Of a DNA stretch of 64,000 bases, positions 17,859 to 26,081 are shown piece by piece. Under the pieces are notes generated by a model, which worked only from the letters and a program-made list of their open reading frames with translations, was not told the origin of the DNA and searched no databases. The DNA comes from an uncultured Lentisphaeria bacterium (lineage in GTDB: Bacteria > Verrucomicrobiota > Lentisphaeria > Victivallales > Victivallaceae). Both the position numbers and the translations under genes were made by a program. The first letter of the stretch is position 1; every line of letters starts with the position of its first letter. The stretch is from contig CAIKZE010000219.1 of NCBI GenBank assembly GCA_903831825.1, forward strand, positions 2,025 through 66,024, given 5' to 3'.

Positions 17859-20324
17859 ATGGCAGAGGGTAACTCCAGCAATCTTAACAGTGACGGCATT
17901 TCACCGGAACAACCAGCTTCCGAACAGCCCGATATCTCGCCGGCTCTGATCGCGACCCGCAACAGCATGTGGCTGTTCAAAAATAAATTCATCCGTTCCG
18001 CGTTCGTCATTGCGCTGGGACTGCTGATTTGTACCGCAATATATTCCCTCTATATTTTTACCCGACACGCCGATCCTGCTGAAATCTTTATTTTTTCAGC
18101 GGCCAAATACAGTCCGGACAAACCGTTTACGCTGCTGGTTCTCGCCAGGGACGCTAAAACTGAACTTCCGTTGCAGAACCAAGCCATAGATTTATATATG
18201 GGATTGAACGGCAAGGGGCCACGCAAACTGCCGGCGGTGAAAACCGGCGCTGACGGAATCGCGCTGGTTCCGGTAAATCCGTGTCCCGTCGGGGAATATC
18301 AGATCAAAGCAGTCCTCCGGGAGTTATCGGCAGCCAGCAAGATCCAGGTCAATAGCGGACAGGCAATCGCCGTCCAGTCTGTAACCGTAAAACCATACTC
18401 TCCGGACAATTGTAAAATAACCATTGACACCGCCAGAGCATTCTATCTGCCGGGCGACATGGTTGCGGGGACGGTCTCTATCCGGGATATCCAGGACAAG
18501 CCTCTGGCGGCGACCAAAGTTTTGCTGAACGCGTCTGTCACGGTCTATGTCACGGTCTATGTCTCGGAGACACGGAGACGCGGACGATGGGAGGTTGTTC
18601 CAAGGGAGCGGCAATTGGCGTCAGTAAGCGGCATCACCGATGCCGCTGGAAAACTAAAATTTAATTTTATAATGCCGAAAGAACTGGAGGGCGTAGACTT
18701 CAGGCGGAAAGATACTGATTGCAAAATATCCGTAACAGCATTCTCCGAAGCTGGTCGGCAGCAGAACTTAAGCAAAACATTAACGGTCACTGCCAAACCA
18801 ATCCGCATAACCTATATGCCGGAGTTCGGTCAATTACTGCCCGGCATTCCAGGGAAGATGTACATTTTCGTCAGTGATCCTTACGGGACTCCGCTAGAAA
18901 CCACCATGAAAATCGGAAATCAGGTGTTTCATACCGGTAAAGACGGGCTGACTTTAATATCGCTGCCGCCAAAGGGGCAGACTGCAGTTGTCAACGTGAC
19001 TGATAGCGCCGGATATAAAAGCGATGATGCTATGAAGTGGGTTTATAATGCATCTCCGCAGGCATTCATCCTTAAGACCGAAAAGGCGGTCGTTCACAAT
19101 GAAGAGGAACTTCAACTGAACATTATCGCCAATCAACCAGGCGGCAGGATATTTATTTATCTGGTGAAAGATGAAACTCCGTTCGAATTTATTCCAGTTC
19201 CCATGGATGCCAGGCAAAAGCAATTAAAGTTAAAAATTTCCTCAGACATCGCCGGTATCTTACAAATCCACGCTTATCGCCTCCAGACGGATGGGAAAGC
19301 GACGCATGAGTTGCGTTTGATTCAAGTTATGCCGGAAAAACGAAGCGAAACCGCCAAGGCATATTTTCAAGTGCAGGATGGATTGCTGAAGCCGGATTAT
19401 CAGAATCAGGCTGCGGGAATTCTTATGCATGAACCGGTTAATCAGTTGACCGCCGGATATTTGCTGGCTAATCAACGGAATTTCAGTAATCTGCAAGCAC
19501 AAAGCTGTTCAAAATACGCGGACCGGGAAAAATTATTGATTCAACAAAAAATCAAGCTTGGCAATAAACTGTTTTTATATTTGTCTATGGCAACGTTGAT
19601 ATTATTGGCTGTTTTAAACATTCCGTTCCTGCTGGTACCGCTTAATATCAAAAACAATTCCTACCGGATGGCAGTCAACAAGGAGTTCTATGGCGAAATT
19701 CAGCGGCAATTCATGAAACTGCAATGGATGTTTTGCGCGATAACTGTCGGTTACATGTTTTTTATCGTCTTGCTTTGTCTGGACCAGCCGTCCAAACATT
19801 TCCGGGAAATAAAGTTTGAGTATGCTTTGCCGTTGTCCATATTCTTTATATTGCTGTTGTTGCTGCTGGCAAAATCCGTTAAAGCCCGAAACCGTGTTTT
19901 CAAATATTTCAGCCCGGACAGCGCAAACTGTCTCCAGAAAATAATATTGCTGATTCCATGGCTATACGGTATTTCCAGTTTCGTTTTTTTGACTCTTACC
20001 CTGACGGCGGTATTTTTTTCGAATACGCCGGGACTTTGTTTTATAACATCTATATTTTTCATTTTGTCTTTAATTCCGCTGTTCGGCCTCCGTGGAATCC
20101 AATGCTCTGTCTGTGCCCAGGAATATCTTGATCTGTATTGCAATCGGGAAGTCAGTAATATGGGATCAGGTATCGGTACTTACCCGCGTTCTTTTTCTTC
20201 GCTCTGGATCGTGGGCAGCGGGCTTTATATCGGACCGGTCATTATGACATATCTGATTGTTGTCGCAGTAATAATCTCGCTGTTTCTGCCATTGTGCAAA
20301 ATCATCGATAAACTGGGTAAATAA
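17859..20324 (+). CDS. Large membrane protein: N-terminal TM, ~500-aa beta-rich extracytoplasmic region (Ig/MG2-like by eye), ~7 C-terminal TM helices
   Basis: 821-aa ORF with a strong RBS. Hydrophobic segments are visible at about residues 45-65 and 575-815. Stops 13 nt before the gspF-like gene. Confidence 0.8.
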   Translation: MAEGNSSNLNSDGISPEQPASEQPDISPALIATRNSMWLFKNKFIRSAFVIALGLLICTAIYSLYIFTRHADPAEIFIFSAAKYSPDKPFTLLVLARDAKTELPLQNQAIDLYMGLNGKGPRKLPAVKTGADGIALVPVNPCPVGEYQIKAVLRELSAASKIQVNSGQAIAVQSVTVKPYSPDNCKITIDTARAFYLPGDMVAGTVSIRDIQDKPLAATKVLLNASVTVYVTVYVSETRRRGRWEVVPRERQLASVSGITDAAGKLKFNFIMPKELEGVDFRRKDTDCKISVTAFSEAGRQQNLSKTLTVTAKPIRITYMPEFGQLLPGIPGKMYIFVSDPYGTPLETTMKIGNQVFHTGKDGLTLISLPPKGQTAVVNVTDSAGYKSDDAMKWVYNASPQAFILKTEKAVVHNEEELQLNIIANQPGGRIFIYLVKDETPFEFIPVPMDARQKQLKLKISSDIAGILQIHAYRLQTDGKATHELRLIQVMPEKRSETAKAYFQVQDGLLKPDYQNQAAGILMHEPVNQLTAGYLLANQRNFSNLQAQSCSKYADREKLLIQQKIKLGNKLFLYLSMATLILLAVLNIPFLLVPLNIKNNSYRMAVNKEFYGEIQRQFMKLQWMFCAITVGYMFFIVLLCLDQPSKHFREIKFEYALPLSIFFILLLLLLAKSVKARNRVFKYFSPDSANCLQKIILLIPWLYGISSFVFLTLTLTAVFFSNTPGLCFITSIFFILSLIPLFGLRGIQCSVCAQEYLDLYCNREVSNMGSGIGTYPRSFSSLWIVGSGLYIGPVIMTYLIVVAVIISLFLPLCKIIDKLGK

Positions 20325-20337
20325 GGAGTCAAAGAAA

Positions 20338-21381
20338 GTGAAAATCAACAGCTATGAGCTTGCTGACTTTTTCAAGCAGTTGGCGCTGCTGACCAAGTCG
20401 GAACTGCCGCTGCCGAATACATTATCCCAGATGGCGCGGGATTTCCGGAGCGGGGCGCTCCGGCAGGTCATCGCGGAACTGGGCGACGCCACCGGCAAAG
20501 GCAAAACCCTGTCCGAAGCAATGCGGGACTATCCGGAATCTTTCACGCCGTTTTATATCCGGATGATCGCATTGGGCGAGCGCGAGGGCACGCTGCCGGA
20601 CATATTGTCGGAGTTGTCCAGAATTTCCCGTCTCCATTATATGCTGGCGACCATGATTAAGGATATCATACTGTATCCGGTTATTACCATCAGCGTCGCG
20701 CTGCTGATTTTAATGTTTCTCTGCTATGTCATCATCCCCGAATTCGGCAAGATTTTCGATGAACTGCTGGCGGGAGAACCGCTGCCGGCGTTGACGCGGC
20801 TGGTGTTCTGGATTGCCGGGATCATCAAGATTAACATTGCCGTTTTCATTGTGCTTTATATCGCCTACATTGTCACAATCTGCTGGATGTTCCTGAATAA
20901 AAACACCGCCAATAAAGTTTTGCTGGCGCTGGTCCGTAAGTTTCCCTTTTCCGAGGTTGTTTTTTATAATTTCGCGATGGCCCGGCTGTGTACGGTATGG
21001 GCGGTCATGGCCCAACGGAAAGTCCCGGTTGAAGAAGCGTTTCCGGTCATTGCCGGAGTCATGGATTTTCCGGAAGTGGCGAACGCGCTGGCCCGCGTGG
21101 CGGAAAAATGCGGCAAAGGCGAAAGTCCGCTGCAATGCCTGAAAGCTGAAAACAACATTTCCCGGCTGCTGATCATGACCCTTGAAAACTGCCCGGAAAA
21201 CAAGCTGCCGGACGAGCTGGACAAACTGGCGGAACTGTTTCGGGAGCGCGGTTATTACGGTTACCGCCGCATCGGCATGGCCTGGGAGGTAATGTCCATC
21301 GCGTCAATGGTGATGGTGATCGGGATCATCATTATCTTCATCTTCCTGCCGTTCCTGGCCAGAATTGTCCACGGATGGTAA
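20338..21381 (+). CDS. GspF/PilC-family platform protein, paralog 1
   Basis: 347-aa ORF with T2SSF-type segments (LSEAMRDYPESFTPFYIRMIALGEREGTL, IIPEFGKIFDEL) and 3 TM regions. GTG start with AAGGAG upstream. Confidence 0.8.
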   Translation: MKINSYELADFFKQLALLTKSELPLPNTLSQMARDFRSGALRQVIAELGDATGKGKTLSEAMRDYPESFTPFYIRMIALGEREGTLPDILSELSRISRLHYMLATMIKDIILYPVITISVALLILMFLCYVIIPEFGKIFDELLAGEPLPALTRLVFWIAGIIKINIAVFIVLYIAYIVTICWMFLNKNTANKVLLALVRKFPFSEVVFYNFAMARLCTVWAVMAQRKVPVEEAFPVIAGVMDFPEVANALARVAEKCGKGESPLQCLKAENNISRLLIMTLENCPENKLPDELDKLAELFRERGYYGYRRIGMAWEVMSIASMVMVIGIIIIFIFLPFLARIVHGW

Positions 21382-21410
21382 TTTATATTATAGGGAAGGA
21401 GCTTTAAATC

Positions 21411-22547
21411 ATGTATGTCATCACCCAGCAATACACCATCGGCCGGTATAACGAGTCGCCGGAAGGTTCGCTGTCCACCACCGGCGCGGCGCTGCTGGCC
21501 AGTACGCTCGCGTGGGCGGCAAATAATAAAATACCGTTTCAACAGGCCATTTTATCCCTGACCGACTCCGGCTGTCCGCAGCATGGCCTGGTCCTTTTTC
21601 TGCTGCCGAATTCCCGCAACTGGAACATGTGCCTGCAAGCAGTTTACGGCGATCTGGTCAATGGCCTGCCGCTCTATCAGGCGTTGCGCAAACGCCTGGG
21701 ATACTTTCTGCCGGAATATTACTTGCAGGCGGTGGAAAAGGCGGAGAAGGATGGACTCCTTCCGGAAATTCTGCCGCATTTTGCCAAACGAATGAATCTG
21801 GCGTCGGAAATCCGGTATTCCTATCGAACCACCTTGGCTCTTCCATTTCTGGAGTTTGTGCTCATCCTCATTGTCCTGAGTGGATTGACAATATTTATTC
21901 TGCCCAATTTCCAGAAAATATTTAATGAACTGCTGGGCGGAATGAAAGTTCCCTTCAACAGCGGCTTCACCGGGTCGGCTCTCCGTATCTATTCATTGTT
22001 CGGAAAAAATCTGTTTTATCTCCTGCTTTCGGGCTGGCTGTTCCTGATCCTGTTCAGGAATTTCAGGAGCGTTATGACGATGATCATGGAGGAAATCCTG
22101 ATGTTCATACCGTATTTCAGGCCGCAGTTAAAGAACATGGCAATGCTGGAACTGGCGGCTTCCATTTCATCGTATCTGGCCGCCGGGGAAGACATTTTTA
22201 ACGCCATGAAATTCAGCCGGAAAGCCTGTAATCACCTGTGGCTGCGCCGTAAACTCGGCCGCTGCATCCGGCAGATGGAAAACGGCACGGACTGGCTGGA
22301 CGCCTGGCGGCAGATGAAGCTGAACCAGCCGTTGAATGAATGGATCATCTGCAATGCCGCCTCCAGACAGAACATTGCCGCCGGGTTCGACACGATGACC
22401 GACTGGCTGTATCATACCGCAATCCGGAATGTGCGGAAAAATACTTTCTGGCTGTCGCTGCTGTGCGTTTTCATCAATGCGACAATCGTTTTTACCATCG
22501 CTTATGCGGTTTTCGCATCACTGGTCATGATTATTCAAAAACTATAA
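21411..22547 (+). CDS. GspF/PilC-family platform protein, paralog 2 (divergent)
   Basis: 378-aa ORF. ILPNFQKIFNELLGG parallels IIPEFGKIFDELLAG of paralog 1. It also has LPEYYLQAVEKAEKDGLL and a similar TM layout. Confidence 0.7.
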   Translation: MYVITQQYTIGRYNESPEGSLSTTGAALLASTLAWAANNKIPFQQAILSLTDSGCPQHGLVLFLLPNSRNWNMCLQAVYGDLVNGLPLYQALRKRLGYFLPEYYLQAVEKAEKDGLLPEILPHFAKRMNLASEIRYSYRTTLALPFLEFVLILIVLSGLTIFILPNFQKIFNELLGGMKVPFNSGFTGSALRIYSLFGKNLFYLLLSGWLFLILFRNFRSVMTMIMEEILMFIPYFRPQLKNMAMLELAASISSYLAAGEDIFNAMKFSRKACNHLWLRRKLGRCIRQMENGTDWLDAWRQMKLNQPLNEWIICNAASRQNIAAGFDTMTDWLYHTAIRNVRKNTFWLSLLCVFINATIVFTIAYAVFASLVMIIQKL

Positions 22548-23612
22548 ATGGGAATACCGGATATGGATATCAACAAACTTGAACCACCCAAAATTGTAGA
22601 CCGGATACTGAATGAAGCCGTTGCGTTGCATGCCAGTGACATTTACTGGCTGCCGGAAGGTGATCTATACAGCATCCGCTGCAAAATCAACGGGGAACAA
22701 AAAGTTTTATATAGCATTAGCTCCGAAGCCGGGGCGCAATGTACCTCCCGGATCAAGGTCATGGCGCAATTGCTGACCTACCGCAATCAAATTTCGCAGG
22801 ACGGCGTAATCAAGGACGATGCCGGATTCGGCAATGTTGAATTCCGGGTGGCGGTCATGCCCACGGTCAACGGCGAACGGATTACTGTCCGGATTCTGGA
22901 TAAAGCCATGACGCCGCAGTATCTCGACGAACTGCATTTCGCGCCGGAAGTGGTCAGCCAATTGCAGACTATGCTCAGTAAAAACAGCGGCATGATTGTG
23001 CTTACCGGCCCCACCGGCTGCGGCAAAACCACCACCATTTACGCGCTGGTGCGGGAACTGTTGAAAAACAATCAGGATCCGGCTTCAATCATTTCCATTG
23101 AAGACCCGGTGGAATGCCGCATTCCCGGCATCTCCCAGGTGTCGCTGTCCAAGGCCGGGGAAGAATGGAATTATCCGCTGGCGCTGCGCGCCGCCCTGCG
23201 GCAGGACGTTAAAACGCTGGTGATCGGCGAAATGCGCGACCGCGAAGTGGTCAAGGTCGCCCTGGACGCCGCACTGACCGGACACCGGGTCATTACCACT
23301 TTCCACGCCGGCGATATTCCGTCGGTATATGCCAGAATCCTGCATCAGGGCTTTGAGCCGTTCCTGGTGGCGTCCGCCATTACCGGCATTGTCAGCCAGC
23401 GGCTGCTGAAATCCAAGCTCGGTGAAACCAGAATCCCGCTGGCGGCGCTGCTGGTTCCCGATGACGCCTGGAAAGATTTTATTATTGCCAATCCGGCATT
23501 AAGCGAACTCAGAAAGAAAATCAAGGAATATCCCATGGCCCATTTGCAGAACGTCGCTGAAAAAATGGCGGCGGCCGGCATGATAGATGTAAAGGATGCA
23601 TATTTACTATGA
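22548..23612 (+). CDS. GspE/PilB/ComGA-type secretion ATPase (short form, no Zn-finger C-domain)
   Basis: Walker A GPTGCGKTT, Asp box ISIEDPVE, Walker B LVIGEMRD, His box TGHRVITTFHAG. 354 aa. Confidence 0.9.
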   Translation: MGIPDMDINKLEPPKIVDRILNEAVALHASDIYWLPEGDLYSIRCKINGEQKVLYSISSEAGAQCTSRIKVMAQLLTYRNQISQDGVIKDDAGFGNVEFRVAVMPTVNGERITVRILDKAMTPQYLDELHFAPEVVSQLQTMLSKNSGMIVLTGPTGCGKTTTIYALVRELLKNNQDPASIISIEDPVECRIPGISQVSLSKAGEEWNYPLALRAALRQDVKTLVIGEMRDREVVKVALDAALTGHRVITTFHAGDIPSVYARILHQGFEPFLVASAITGIVSQRLLKSKLGETRIPLAALLVPDDAWKDFIIANPALSELRKKIKEYPMAHLQNVAEKMAAAGMIDVKDAYLL

Positions 23613-23983
23613 AAACTAAAAAACAGCAGAATGTCCGGTTTTACCTCATGCCGGAAATGATTTTCGCGTTGGGGCTGCTCCTGATTCTGACCGCGTGTTT
23701 TCTCGCGACCACCAGGACGATACAGCAAATGGATAAATCTTTCACCAGTGAAAGTTGCGGACTGATGGTTGTTGACAACACCATTGAACGGCTTGGGCAC
23801 AAGAAACAATATAATATTGACGATGTAAAAAGAATTTTCCTGGACGAATATGATAAAGGCGGAATTAAAGACAGGACGAGAATGATTGCCGGCTTCACGC
23901 CGGTAATGGACGGCGCCATGCTTGCCATCATCCAAAATAACGGAAAACCGCTGATTGAGGTACATATAAAATGCCAACGCTGA
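23609..23983 (+). CDS. Small membrane-anchored pseudopilin-like protein (degenerate N-terminus)
   Basis: 124-aa ORF with an ATGA overlap with the ATPase stop. N-terminus VRFYLMPEMIFALGLLLIL, with Glu displaced and no Gly at -1. Confidence 0.55.
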   Translation: MKTKKQQNVRFYLMPEMIFALGLLLILTACFLATTRTIQQMDKSFTSESCGLMVVDNTIERLGHKKQYNIDDVKRIFLDEYDKGGIKDRTRMIAGFTPVMDGAMLAIIQNNGKPLIEVHIKCQR

Positions 23984-24453
23984 AATCAAAAACATATAGA
24001 AAAAGAACTTATACCCTGATAGAAATGATGGCGGTGATCGTGCTTGTCGGATTTTTGATGAATATGGCGCTGCTGTTCTATTATAAAAGCCGGAAAATCA
24101 ACAGCCAATACACCGAGAAGGCCGTTCAGATAAAGTCCGTCAGTATTGTTTCAAAGTATTTGCGCAGTTTTGTCCATAATAACGGCGAGACATTTATGGT
24201 CAACCCGGACAAGGTTGTTTTCAAAAATGGTTCCGTCATGGCAATGGCTGACAACCGGCTGGTGTTTACTGCAAACAATGTGAATAGAAGCCTTACGCTT
24301 CCGAAAGGCTTTGCGGCTACGTTTGCTTTGGAAAGAAATCCGGAAGAGCCGCCATGCATAATCATGAATATCGTTATGTTGAATTCCAAAGATCAACCGC
24401 AATTTAATAAATTCACCCGGATCGCCGCCAGTGCGGAAGGAGTAGCGCAATGA
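23971..24453 (+). CDS. Pseudopilin with prepilin-type N-terminal domain
   Basis: 160-aa ORF. KRT-YTLIEMMAVIVLVGFLM has the conserved Glu5 but Thr at position -1. Overlaps the upstream gene by 13 nt. Confidence 0.7.
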   Translation: MPTLKSKTYRKRTYTLIEMMAVIVLVGFLMNMALLFYYKSRKINSQYTEKAVQIKSVSIVSKYLRSFVHNNGETFMVNPDKVVFKNGSVMAMADNRLVFTANNVNRSLTLPKGFAATFALERNPEEPPCIIMNIVMLNSKDQPQFNKFTRIAASAEGVAQ

Positions 24454-24659
24454 AACCAAATACGAAAAACCAGGGCGGTTTCGCCACCATTTTTGTTTTA
24501 ATGCTGGCGGCGGCTTTGCTGATAATTTTTGCCGCAACCATGAAAAGCATGTATGCCGCTCATGACCAGAATAAAAAAGACAAGCGGCAAATCATCAAAA
24601 AAGCCGAACAACTCAATTCACAATACGCCAACCGGGAAAAGTTATCATCCCCAAAGTAG
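24450..24659 (+). CDS. Small pseudopilin-like protein lacking Glu5
   Basis: 69-aa ORF with an ATGA overlap. NQGG-FATIFVLMLAAALLII has Gly at -1 but no Glu at +5, as in GspK/PilX-type minor pilins. Confidence 0.5.
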   Translation: MKPNTKNQGGFATIFVLMLAAALLIIFAATMKSMYAAHDQNKKDKRQIIKKAEQLNSQYANREKLSSPK

Positions 24660-24795
24660 CTTTAGTATAGCCTGCGCTTGCAAAAGCTTATTGTTTTTAA
24701 TTCATTAACTTCTGCAAGTTGTTATGTTTGCACAGATTACGACTCCATCCACCGATCCGTCGCGGATATTTATTACAAAAAAGTAAATATATATG

Positions 24796-24824
24796 TTGAC
24801 AACGGCTCCGCTTAGATGTATAAT
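24796..24824 (+). promoter_or_regulatory. Consensus sigma70-type promoter TTGACA-N17-TATAAT
   Basis: Both hexamers match the consensus exactly and the hand-counted spacer is 17 nt. The -10 lies 39 nt upstream of the ROK regulator ATG. Confidence 0.6.
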
Positions 24825-24862
24825 GAAAGAATAGAAGTTAATTATTTACTTTTGGGAATAAT

Positions 24863-26062
24863 ATGATTATCAGAAAAAAAGATTATCAGAAAAAACTGTT
24901 CCTGACGATGATAAGGCGGCATTCATCGCTGTCACGGTCGCAAATCAAGGACAAGGCGGGCATCCGGTTGGCTACTATCACCGAAATAACGGCTGAATTG
25001 CTGGATGCCGGGCTGGTGAAGGAAGGCAAGCGTCTTAAAGCGGATCGCGGCCGGCAACAGGTGCTTTTGGGGATAAATCCCTCCGGCGGATACAGCCTCG
25101 GGCTTGAAATCAATCCGTCCAGGCTGTGCGTGAGCCTGCTTGATCTCAAAGGCGGGGTGCTGCTGAGCAGGGAGAAAGCGCTTAAGAAGAAGAATAAGTT
25201 TTGTTTGAACGAACTGGTGGAATTCTCCAAATCAATAATCGGACAATCGGGAATCGACTCATCCAGAATCATTGGCATTGGCGTGGCGCTGCCCGGCATT
25301 GTGGACGCGAAAAACGGAATCTGGATTTCATCCACTTTGATGGACGATATCAAGAACGTGCCGTTGAAAGCGGAACTGGAAAACGCTTTTAAAGTTCCGG
25401 CGTATCTGGAGGAAAGAACGCATGCCCGGCTTCTGGGCGAAAAAAGTCTCAGCGGCAGAAAAGACAACAATATCCTTTTTGTGGATTTAAGCTCGGGAAT
25501 AGGCGCGGCGGTTTTAAATGAGGGCCGGCTGTACCGGGGAAGCGCCAACAGCGCCGTGGAACTGGGCCATATTCACATCATGGAAAACGGCCCCATCTGC
25601 AAATGCGGCAACCGCGGCTGTCTGGAGGCCGTCTCCTCCCTTGAAGCGATTGCGAAACGCGCGTCCTCCGCGTTGAAAGACGGCGTTAAATCGTCGATTC
25701 TCGACCAGGCCGGGGGAAATGCGGACGACGTAAATGCGGAACATGTCATCAGCGCCGCGGCGAACGGCGATAAACTGGCGCTTGGCATCATCGACGATGC
25801 CTGCAAATGTCTGGGAACCGCCGTTGCTCACGCTGTAAATATGTTCAATCCGGAGTTGGTCATTTTCGGTTATGAATCGCAGCATGTGATCCAGCCCTTG
25901 ATTGAACCGACCTGGAAGGTTATTAGAAAATATTCGCTGAATACGTCTTTCAACTCATTGAGAATTGAAACCTCCTGCGGAAAAGATTTTCTGGGCGCGG
26001 TCGGCGCCGGCATGATTTCCATCGAGCATTTTTTCCAAATGCCTCAAATACAGATTACTTAA
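24863..26062 (+). CDS. ROK-family transcriptional regulator (NagC/XylR-like)
   Basis: 399-aa ORF with an N-terminal wHTH (LSRSQIKDKAGIRLATITEITAELL). ROK motifs: ELGHIHI plus the Zn cluster CKCGNRGCLE. Confidence 0.85.
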   Translation: MIIRKKDYQKKLFLTMIRRHSSLSRSQIKDKAGIRLATITEITAELLDAGLVKEGKRLKADRGRQQVLLGINPSGGYSLGLEINPSRLCVSLLDLKGGVLLSREKALKKKNKFCLNELVEFSKSIIGQSGIDSSRIIGIGVALPGIVDAKNGIWISSTLMDDIKNVPLKAELENAFKVPAYLEERTHARLLGEKSLSGRKDNNILFVDLSSGIGAAVLNEGRLYRGSANSAVELGHIHIMENGPICKCGNRGCLEAVSSLEAIAKRASSALKDGVKSSILDQAGGNADDVNAEHVISAAANGDKLALGIIDDACKCLGTAVAHAVNMFNPELVIFGYESQHVIQPLIEPTWKVIRKYSLNTSFNSLRIETSCGKDFLGAVGAGMISIEHFFQMPQIQIT

Positions 26063-26081
26063 TATTATCAGGACACCAGTT

